DNA from: Candidatus Nealsonbacteria bacterium | GTDB taxonomy: Bacteria; Patescibacteriota; Minisyncoccia; Minisyncoccales; RBG-13-42-11 | Assembly (NCBI GenBank): GCA_026396115.1 | Contig: JAPLXL010000005.1 | Location: 66,967 to 130,966 of the forward strand | Reading direction: 5' to 3' | Length of the DNA: 64,000 nucleotides | In this document: piece after piece, positions 56,955 through 64,000 of the stretch | Position numbering within the stretch: the first letter of the stretch is position 1 | Layout: every line of letters starts with the position of its first letter | The notes under the pieces: model-generated | Database searches by the model: none | What the model was told of the DNA's origin: nothing | The model's input: only the letters and a program-made list of their open reading frames with translations | Made by a program: the position numbers and the translations under genes

Positions 56955-58294
56955 AAATACACTTTATTGGTATTGGCGGAATTGGGGTTTCCGCCTTAGC
57001 TCAGTATTATCTATCCAAAGGCCATAAAGTCAGCGGCTCGGATTTAGTTTCTTCCGAAATCACCGAAGCCCTAAAAGAAAAAGGAGTTAAGCTCTTTATT
57101 GGCAGGCATAAAGCTGAAAATTTACCAAAAAGAGTAGATATGGTAATTTACAGTCCGGCCGTATCAACAGATAACCCCGAATTAAAAGAAGCTAAAAAAA
57201 AAGAAACTAAATATTTAAGTTATCCTGAAGCTCTTGGAGAATTAACCAAGAAATATTTTACAATTGCGGTTTCCGGCACTCATGGAAAAAGTACGACCAC
57301 GGCGATGATTGGACTTTTATTGGTTAAGGCCGGTTTGGATCCAACGGTAATTATTGGAACAAAACTAAAAGAATTCGGTGACACTAACTGCCGGGTAGGG
57401 AAGTCAAGGTATTTAGTCATTGAAGCTGATGAATATATGGCTTCTTTTTTAAACTATTGGCCTAAAATTATCGTTTTGCCTTCAATTGAAAAAGACCATC
57501 TTGATTATTATAAAAATCTAAATAATATTCTTAAATCATTCAAAGAATATATTTTCCATCTGCCGAAAGACGGGACTTTGGTCAAAAATAATGACGACAA
57601 AAATATCAGAAAAATAATATACACAGGTAACACCTGTGTCTATTCGCTGAAACAGCCAGAAGCTAAAAAATTAAAGAAAATTTTAAAAATACCGGGAGAA
57701 CATAACATTTCTAATGCTTTGGCAGCTTTAACTGTTGCCAGAATTTTAAAAATTCCGGATAGAATTTCTTTCAAAGCCCTGTCGGAATATAAGGGTTCCT
57801 GGCGGCGTTTCGAAGAAAAAAAGATAAAAATAAGGCGCAACGAGAACAGTTCTCGTTGCGTTAATTTAATATCGGATTACGGACATCATCCTACTGAAAT
57901 AAAGGTAACCCTTAAAGCGGCGCGGGAAAAATATCCAGAAAAGAAAATCTGGTGCGTTTACCAGCCCCACCAATATCAAAGAACATATTATTTATTTGCT
58001 GATTTTGTAAAAGCTTTCAAACAAGCCCTTAGACCAACTCAAGGCAAACCCCAGATGGACAAAATAATAATCACAGATATTTATGACGTGGCTGGCAGGG
58101 AAGAGAAAAATATAAAAAAGAAGGTTAGTTCACAAAAATTGGTAAAAGCGGTTAAAAAAAACAAGGTAATTTATCTGCCGAAAGAGAAAATATTAGATTA
58201 TCTTAAAAAAAACCTGTCTAATTTTGATATTTTAATAATTATGGGGGCCGGAGACATTTATACCATTGCTAACTACTTGACAGAAAAACACTAA
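56936..58294 (+). CDS. murC: UDP-N-acetylmuramate--L-alanine ligase
   Basis: HFIGIGGIGVSALA, GTHGKSTT, EADE, DHLD, DYGHHPTE, QPH, MGAGD. Confidence 0.95.
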   Translation: MPAQKLKIHFIGIGGIGVSALAQYYLSKGHKVSGSDLVSSEITEALKEKGVKLFIGRHKAENLPKRVDMVIYSPAVSTDNPELKEAKKKETKYLSYPEALGELTKKYFTIAVSGTHGKSTTTAMIGLLLVKAGLDPTVIIGTKLKEFGDTNCRVGKSRYLVIEADEYMASFLNYWPKIIVLPSIEKDHLDYYKNLNNILKSFKEYIFHLPKDGTLVKNNDDKNIRKIIYTGNTCVYSLKQPEAKKLKKILKIPGEHNISNALAALTVARILKIPDRISFKALSEYKGSWRRFEEKKIKIRRNENSSRCVNLISDYGHHPTEIKVTLKAAREKYPEKKIWCVYQPHQYQRTYYLFADFVKAFKQALRPTQGKPQMDKIIITDIYDVAGREEKNIKKKVSSQKLVKAVKKNKVIYLPKEKILDYLKKNLSNFDILIIMGAGDIYTIANYLTEKH

Positions 58295-58425
58295 TAAAAG
58301 AAAATGGAAGTAGAACTCCGATCAAGGTCGAATCATTTACCGAGCTTCCGAAGGAAGCGAAGGTGAAGAAGAGGATGAAGTCCTCTTCGACTTAAATTTT
58401 TCATTTTTAACTTTTAATTTTTAAT

Positions 58426-58566
58426 ATGACGACATTATTTTGGATAATTGTGGCAATTCTGGCGATTGGAATTATCTGGTATGCAACGACAAAAAATAAA
58501 AAGGGAAAATCGTTGCCAAAAAAACCAGAAGGACCAACACCACCACCCGAAACACCGACAATGTAA
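58426..58566 (+). CDS. 46-aa single-TM microprotein with a Pro-rich tail
   Basis: MTTLFWIIVAILAIGIIWYATTKNKKGKSLPKKPEGPTPPPETPTM. Confidence 0.6.
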   Translation: MTTLFWIIVAILAIGIIWYATTKNKKGKSLPKKPEGPTPPPETPTM

Positions 58567-58672
58567 ACTAAGACCCGGGTGACAATGAAGGGAAAATAAA
58601 AGAAAATAAAATTAGAAAAACAAAGGTCGGAAAGAAGATTGAAAAAAGATTGTTAATCAATAAACTTTGCTT

Positions 58673-58747
58673 ATGACGTGGCTTTATATAATTTTGGCCG
58701 TGGTGGTTATCGGAGTAGTAATTTATCTGGTAACCAAAAAAAAGTAG
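58673..58747 (+). CDS. 24-aa single-TM microprotein
   Basis: MTWLYIILAVVVIGVVIYLVTKKK; followed by a terminator hairpin at about 58767-58801. Confidence 0.55.
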   Translation: MTWLYIILAVVVIGVVIYLVTKKK

Positions 58748-58964
58748 GAAACAGGAATGTAGTACCAAAAATCCCGCTGCGTTTGGCACGGCGGGTTTTT
58801 TGGGAATCAATTAATAATCTCTTAACTAAAAAACCATCTCTTCAGGGCATGGTTTTTTATTGGAGAATATAGTATAATAAAAAATAACCTCGCACACCCG
58901 AATCGCAATGAAGGGCGAAGAAGAGATTTATCTCTTCGACCACTGGGACACAAGCAATAAAATT

Positions 58965-60344
58965 ATGCAAAGAGTATTAAATATAGAAACGATCAAATAT
59001 ATTAATAAAAATGTTAAAGTTTGCGGTTGGGTTAATTCACGTCGGGACCACGGCGGAATAGTTTTTTTAGATTTAAGAGACAGGTCGGGAATTCTACAGA
59101 TAGTCGTCACTCCCACCGCCGAGTTGGCAAAAGATATAAAAAATGAATATGTTTTAGAAATTGAAGGAAAAATCCAGAAAAGACCGATTAAAATGTTCAA
59201 TCCCGAACTGGAAACAGGAGAGATAGAATTGAAAGCCGAAAATATCAATATCTTAGCTAAGGCTGAAACGCTTCCTTTTGATTTAAAAGATTTAAATGTG
59301 AGCTTGCCCGTTCTTTTAGATTACAGGCCAATAACCTTACGGAATAAAAAAATTCAAGCAATTTTCAAAATTGAAGAAGAGGCGATTAATAGTTTCAGGA
59401 AAACAATGAAAGATTTGGGATTTGCCGAATTCCAAGCGCCGACAATCGTGCCGGTTGCCACCGAAGGCGGAGCAGAAGTTTTCCATATTGATTACTTTAA
59501 TGGAGATGCTTATTTAGCCCAAAGCCCCCAATTATATAAGCAAATCTTAGTTGGCGTTTTTGAAAGAATTTTTACTATAACGCGCGCTTATCGGGCCGAA
59601 CCCAGCGTGACCACCCGCCATCTGACAGAATATATCAGTTTGGATGCAGAAATGGGCTTTATCAATTCTTGGCAAGATTTAATGGATTTTTGCGAAACCG
59701 TAATCAGAAACATCTTTTTGGATTTAGGAAAAAGCTGCCAAAAAGAGTTAAAATTATTTTCAGCCACTCTTCCCAAATTAGGCGAGAAAATTCCAAGATT
59801 AAAAATGAAAGAAGCTCAAGAAATTATTTTCAAAAGAACCCAAAGGGATAATAGGGAATCTCCGGATTTGGAACCGGAAGACGAAAAAGAAATCTATGAA
59901 TTTGCCAAAGAAAAATACGGCTCAGAATTAATCTTCATCTCTCACTATCCAACTAAAAAAAGGCCTTTTTACACTTTCCCTGACCCAAAAGATCCCGAAT
60001 ACACTTTAAGCTTTGATCTTTTGTGCCGTGGATTGGAAATAGTCACCGGCGGCCAGAGAATTAATGATTATGAAAAATTGGTGAAAAATATAAAAAAACG
60101 GAAAATGAAGATTAAAGATTTTAAGTTTTATTTGCAGGCATTTAAATACGGCATGCCGCCTGAGGGTGGTTTTTGTTTGGGAGCCGAAAGAATAGTTAAG
60201 CAAATTCTGGATTTGGAAAATGTTCGGGAAGCCAGTTTATTCCCGCGGGATATGGCGAGAATCGACCAAAGATTATCTGTTTCTAAAAAAAGAAACCCCC
60301 GAAGAAAAACAAGTTCTCTATCGGGTAATAAGTTGAAAAAATGA
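58965..60344 (+). CDS. aspS: Aspartate--tRNA ligase, short (non-discriminating/archaeal-type) form
   Basis: RRDHGGIVFLDLRD, TEGGAEVF, YLAQSPQLYKQ, YRAE, RH..EY.SLD.E, RPFY, GGQR, YGMPPEGG, LFPRD. The upstream ATG at 58908 lies inside a repeat. Confidence 0.93.
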   Translation: MQRVLNIETIKYINKNVKVCGWVNSRRDHGGIVFLDLRDRSGILQIVVTPTAELAKDIKNEYVLEIEGKIQKRPIKMFNPELETGEIELKAENINILAKAETLPFDLKDLNVSLPVLLDYRPITLRNKKIQAIFKIEEEAINSFRKTMKDLGFAEFQAPTIVPVATEGGAEVFHIDYFNGDAYLAQSPQLYKQILVGVFERIFTITRAYRAEPSVTTRHLTEYISLDAEMGFINSWQDLMDFCETVIRNIFLDLGKSCQKELKLFSATLPKLGEKIPRLKMKEAQEIIFKRTQRDNRESPDLEPEDEKEIYEFAKEKYGSELIFISHYPTKKRPFYTFPDPKDPEYTLSFDLLCRGLEIVTGGQRINDYEKLVKNIKKRKMKIKDFKFYLQAFKYGMPPEGGFCLGAERIVKQILDLENVREASLFPRDMARIDQRLSVSKKRNPRRKTSSLSGNKLKK

Positions 60345-61408
60345 ATTCAAGAAGCGAGTTTCCATTAAAGTCCTCTTCGCCCACCGAGCTTCCGCAGGAA
60401 GCGAAGGTGAAGAAGAGAGCGAAGCTCTCTTCGCCCATAAAAATTTTTCTTATTGTTTTTATATTAAGCTTGCCTATTTTCTGGGAGATTAATATTTTGG
60501 AAGGAAAGTTGAAAAGTTTTTTTTATTGGCGAGAAATTGCGGAAAATCCTCAATTTTTGGCTGCTCAGGCAAATCAATTAATTCTTGAACAAAAATTAAG
60601 AAATTTAGAGCCCTTCAGGAATAAAAATATTCCTGATTTGGAAATTGAAGCCAAATCAGCAATTTCGGTTCTGAACGATAATAAAGTTAAAGAAAAAGTG
60701 CTTTTTGAAAAAGAAAATAATCAAAAACTGCCAATAGCCAGTTTAACCAAACTGATGACCGCCTGGGTTGTCTTGGAATATTATGATCTTTCAAAAGAAA
60801 TCACAATTTCTAAATTGGCAGCTAATCAATATGGGGATATTAGAGGGCTGGAAGATGGAAGAACTTTTCCGGTAAAATATTTTCTTTATCCTTTATTGAT
60901 GGAATCAAGCAATGGGGCTGCTTTCGCTTTGGCTAATGATTATGAAGAAATGTCAGAAAGAAATTTTGTGGAATTAATGAACCAAGAAGCAAAAAAAATT
61001 GGGCTTGACGATACTTTTTTTAACAATCCCAGCGGCCTTGACCCGGAAGATTCAAAAACAGAAATGAATTATTCAACGGCCAATGATTTGGTAAAGCTTG
61101 CTAAAAAATTATTAGAAAAACAATTAATTTGGGATATACTTTCCATCCCCAGATATTCTGAGTACGGACCGGAATTAATTAACACCAACAGGTTTTTAAT
61201 TGACGATCCTGCAGATTGGCAAGAAAAAATAATTGGCGGAAAAACGGGTTATACGGACAAAGCCGGAGGATGCTTGCTTTTGGTTATAAAAGCGCCAAGA
61301 TCCCAGGGTTTTTTAATTAGTATAATTTTGGGGGCAGACGGAAAAGAAAACAGATTTGAAGAAATGAGAAAGCTAATTGACTGGCTTAACCAAGCCTATA
61401 AATGGTAA
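60341..61408 (+). CDS. D-Ala-D-Ala carboxypeptidase (S11)
   Basis: PIASLTKLMT, SSN, NPSGL, GGKTGYT; the N-terminal part is repeat-derived. Confidence 0.9.
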   Translation: MNSRSEFPLKSSSPTELPQEAKVKKRAKLSSPIKIFLIVFILSLPIFWEINILEGKLKSFFYWREIAENPQFLAAQANQLILEQKLRNLEPFRNKNIPDLEIEAKSAISVLNDNKVKEKVLFEKENNQKLPIASLTKLMTAWVVLEYYDLSKEITISKLAANQYGDIRGLEDGRTFPVKYFLYPLLMESSNGAAFALANDYEEMSERNFVELMNQEAKKIGLDDTFFNNPSGLDPEDSKTEMNYSTANDLVKLAKKLLEKQLIWDILSIPRYSEYGPELINTNRFLIDDPADWQEKIIGGKTGYTDKAGGCLLLVIKAPRSQGFLISIILGADGKENRFEEMRKLIDWLNQAYKW

Positions 61409-61412
61409 TATT

Positions 61413-62558
61413 ATGTACTTGCCTGAAGCAGCCATAGATGTTATTAAAATTTTTACTTTGGGAACAGTTAGTTTTATTATTGCTTTTTTGCTAACGCCCT
61501 TTTTAACTTATTTTTCGTATAAATATAAACTCTGGCGCAAAGAAGTAAGGCAAAAAGCAATTGACGGCGGAGAGGTAACCGTTTTTCAAAAATTTCACAA
61601 AGAAGGAGAAATAAATGTTCCAAGAATGGGCGGAATTTTAATTTGGGGAACGATCTTGATAACAATTTTTTTGTTTTGGGGAATTTCGCAAATAACTGAT
61701 ATTTGGTGGTTGGATAAGTTGAATTTTTTAAGCAGAAGTCAAACATGGCTTCCTCTTTTTGCTTTAATCGCAGCTTCTTTATTAGGCCTAACCGACGATG
61801 TCTTGCAGGTTTTTGGCTCGCCTTCATACCATAACGAAAAAAAAGTGCCAAAGGCTTTAAAATTAATAAAATCATTTTTCGTTTGGTGTGGGGGTAAAGG
61901 AAAATATATTGGCGGCGGATTAAGCTTAAAACGGAGAATTCTTTTGATGGGTTTAATAGGTCTTATTGGAGGTTGGTGGTTTTTTGCCAAACTTGGCTGG
62001 TCTACCTTGCATGTGCCCGGGGCGGGAGATTTTGAAATTGGCACTTGGTATATTCCTTTATTTGTTGTTGTTATGATAGCCACCTATTCAGGCGGGGTAA
62101 TTGACGGTTTGGATGGGTTAGCAGGCGGTTCTTTTGCTGCTATTTTTGCCGCTTTCGCCGGAATTGCTTTGTTTTTGGGCCAAATTGATATTGCCGCTTT
62201 CTGCACAGCAATCTTAGGAGCATTGCTGGCCTTTTTATGGTTTAATATTCCGCCTGCCAGATTCTATATGGGAGAGAGTGGAATAATGGGACTCTGTGCC
62301 GCTTTAACCGTGATTGCTTTTTTAACTGATTCTGTTTTAGTTTTGCCAATTATTGGATTTTTATTAGTAATTGAGTCGGGCTCCGTAATCCTGCAGCTTC
62401 TTTCAAAAAAGTTTAGACATAAAAAAATCTTTTTATCTGCTCCAATTCACCAGCACTTTGAAGCCAGTGGCTGGCCCCATTATAAAGTAACAATGCGATT
62501 TTGGATTATCGGGGCAGTGATGGCAATTGTTGGAATTACCATTAGATTATTCGGCTAA
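61413..62558 (+). CDS. mraY: Phospho-N-acetylmuramoyl-pentapeptide transferase
   Basis: PRMGG, GLTDD, DGLDGLA, FNIPPA.FYMGE.G, APIHQHFE. Confidence 0.93.
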   Translation: MYLPEAAIDVIKIFTLGTVSFIIAFLLTPFLTYFSYKYKLWRKEVRQKAIDGGEVTVFQKFHKEGEINVPRMGGILIWGTILITIFLFWGISQITDIWWLDKLNFLSRSQTWLPLFALIAASLLGLTDDVLQVFGSPSYHNEKKVPKALKLIKSFFVWCGGKGKYIGGGLSLKRRILLMGLIGLIGGWWFFAKLGWSTLHVPGAGDFEIGTWYIPLFVVVMIATYSGGVIDGLDGLAGGSFAAIFAAFAGIALFLGQIDIAAFCTAILGALLAFLWFNIPPARFYMGESGIMGLCAALTVIAFLTDSVLVLPIIGFLLVIESGSVILQLLSKKFRHKKIFLSAPIHQHFEASGWPHYKVTMRFWIIGAVMAIVGITIRLFG

Positions 62559-62764
62559 AAAATCCTCTAAAAATATCTCAGTCGAAAGAGAATTTCATTC
62601 GTCGAGTCAAAGACGAGACGAAAGAAGAAAAACTTTTCTTCGCACTCTTTTTTATCCCATTAGAAATATTTATTTATAATGGGGTTTGTGCTATTCTGAA
62701 AGCAGGTCGAAGATAGCTTCGCACTCTTCTTTATCTTCGCTTTCGCTGTGCGAAAGCTCGGAGA

Positions 62765-64000
62765 ATGAAATTAAAAGAATTAAAGAGCAAAAGAATCCTG
62801 ATTTTGGGTTTTGGCCGGGAGGGAAGGAATACTTTTAGGTTTTTAAGGAAACTCTTTCCAAAAAAAGTTTTAGGAATAGCGGATAAAAATGAAAAAGTTG
62901 ACCAAAGTTGCTTAGCTACCGAGCTTCCATTTATGGAAGCGAAGGTGGAGAAGAAGGAATCTTCTTCGACTAAGCTAAGCAACCGAAAGATCAAGTTTTA
63001 TAAGCTTCATTTGGGAGAAAATTACCTTAAGGTTCTGAATGATTACGATGTGATAATCAAATCACCGGGCATCCCTTTCAAAATTATTCCGAGATCGGAA
63101 CTACGAAAATTGACTTCACAGACAGAGATTTTTTTTGATAATTACCAAGGCCAAATTATTGGAATTACGGGAACTAAAGGGAAAGGCACTACAGCTGCAA
63201 TGATTTATGAAATTTTGAAAGTAGAAGGCATCAAAGCACATTTAATCGGCAATATTGGTAAACCCGTATTAAATCTTTTACCGAGACCCACGAAGTGGGG
63301 CGAAGGGGGAGATGAAGCAAGGCTTCAGCGACCATTTTCGGCGAGACCAGATGTTTATGTTTATGAATTGTCCAGTCATCAACTTTACGATCTTAAAAAA
63401 TCTCCCCACATCGCCGTTTTTTTAAACCTTTTTGCGGACCATTTAGATTATTATCGAAATTTTAAAGAATACGCAGACGCCAAAGCCAATATTACCATTC
63501 ATCAAAAAAAAGATGATTATTTGGTCTATAATGCTCAAGATAAAATTGTTAAAGAAATTGCTAAAAAATCAAAAGCTAAAAAAGTTCCAATCAAAGGAGA
63601 GTATTACGAATTGAATAAAGTTGCAGCCAGGGCCGTCGGCAGACTTTTCAAAATTTCTTCAAAAATTATTGAAAAAGCTATTAAAGAATTTAAACATCTT
63701 CCTCATAGATTGGAATTGGTAGGAACATTTGAAAGAATTACTTTTTATAATGACGCCTCGGCAACCATACCCGAAGCAACTATGGCAGCTATGGAAACTT
63801 TAGGAAATAAAGTAGAAACAATTATCCTGGGTGGTTCTGACAAGAATATTGATTTTAAGAATTTAGCCAAAAAAGTTTTAGAAAGTAAAATAAAAACTGT
63901 AATTTTATTTCCTATAACTGGAAAACGAATCTGGAAAGATATTGTGCGACAAAAAAGAAAGGAAACGAACAGAAAGGGTAGGGTACTGAATCATTTTTTT
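62765..64000 (+). CDS. murD: UDP-N-acetylmuramoyl-L-alanine--D-glutamate ligase (runs off the window end; two repeat insertions)
   Basis: Manual translation: ILILGFGREG, IIKSPGI, GITGTKGK, GNIG, YELSSHQL, DHLDY, PHRLE, YND, ILGG.DK. Confidence 0.93.
   Translation, partial: MKLKELKSKRILILGFGREGRNTFRFLRKLFPKKVLGIADKNEKVDQSCLATELPFMEAKVEKKESSSTKLSNRKIKFYKLHLGENYLKVLNDYDVIIKSPGIPFKIIPRSELRKLTSQTEIFFDNYQGQIIGITGTKGKGTTAAMIYEILKVEGIKAHLIGNIGKPVLNLLPRPTKWGEGGDEARLQRPFSARPDVYVYELSSHQLYDLKKSPHIAVFLNLFADHLDYYRNFKEYADAKANITIHQKKDDYLVYNAQDKIVKEIAKKSKAKKVPIKGEYYELNKVAARAVGRLFKISSKIIEKAIKEFKHLPHRLELVGTFERITFYNDASATIPEATMAAMETLGNKVETIILGGSDKNIDFKNLAKKVLESKIKTVILFPITGKRIWKDIVRQKRKETNRKGRVLNHFF

Larger units (their letters stand above)
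47866..63333. mobile_element. Family of 44-58 bp two-hairpin non-autonomous repeats (REP/RPE-like), about 15 copies, many in frame inside genes
   Basis: Consensus (A/C)CCGAG-hairpin-GCGAAGGnGAAGAAGAG-loop-CTCTTCG(A/C)C at 47866, 48781, 48952, 49955, 51347 (x2), 53045, 55290, 58339, 58897, 60383, 62705, 62918 and 63280; partial copies at 21749, 60369 and 62620. Confidence 0.85.

Noticed and set aside
58678..58872. 64-aa ORF from the track
   Set aside because: It crosses terminator hairpins; the 24-aa TM ORF in another frame is more plausible.
58908..58964. N-terminal extension of AspS
   Set aside because: The ATG lies inside a repeat copy; family similarity starts at ATG 58965.

Overview
AT-rich bacterial chromosome segment. 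Gene content, the scarcity of Shine-Dalgarno sites on core genes and the WKTYRNEEYGF-type surface proteins suggest a Patescibacteria/CPR (Parcubacteria-like) genome; this is an inference. (1) 1-2600 (minus strand): an in-frame RNHCP zinc-finger/radical SAM-SPASM ORF and an orphan RpoD-like sigma factor. (2) About 2700-47100: a long, almost entirely plus-strand array of short accessory genes whose junctions reuse two repeat families, giving a cassette-like layout with no integrase in the window. The array also holds three copies of the radC 5' end, several degenerate or expanded tRNA-like elements, promoter-boxA-SD modules, an AbiE toxin-antitoxin pair and a defence island (type III R-M with an embedded RxxxxH/HEPN-like gene, SIR2, DUF262, N4C methyltransferase). 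(3) About 47100-64000: core genes (rarA, efp, fmt, AmmeMemoRadiSam cluster interrupted by glnA, thpR, murC, aspS, D,D-carboxypeptidase, mraY, murD) colonised by a 44-58 bp two-hairpin repeat that inserts in frame into proteins and shows compensatory stem changes, plus several other palindromic insertions. All calls come from reading the sequence and recognising motifs; no searches were run.
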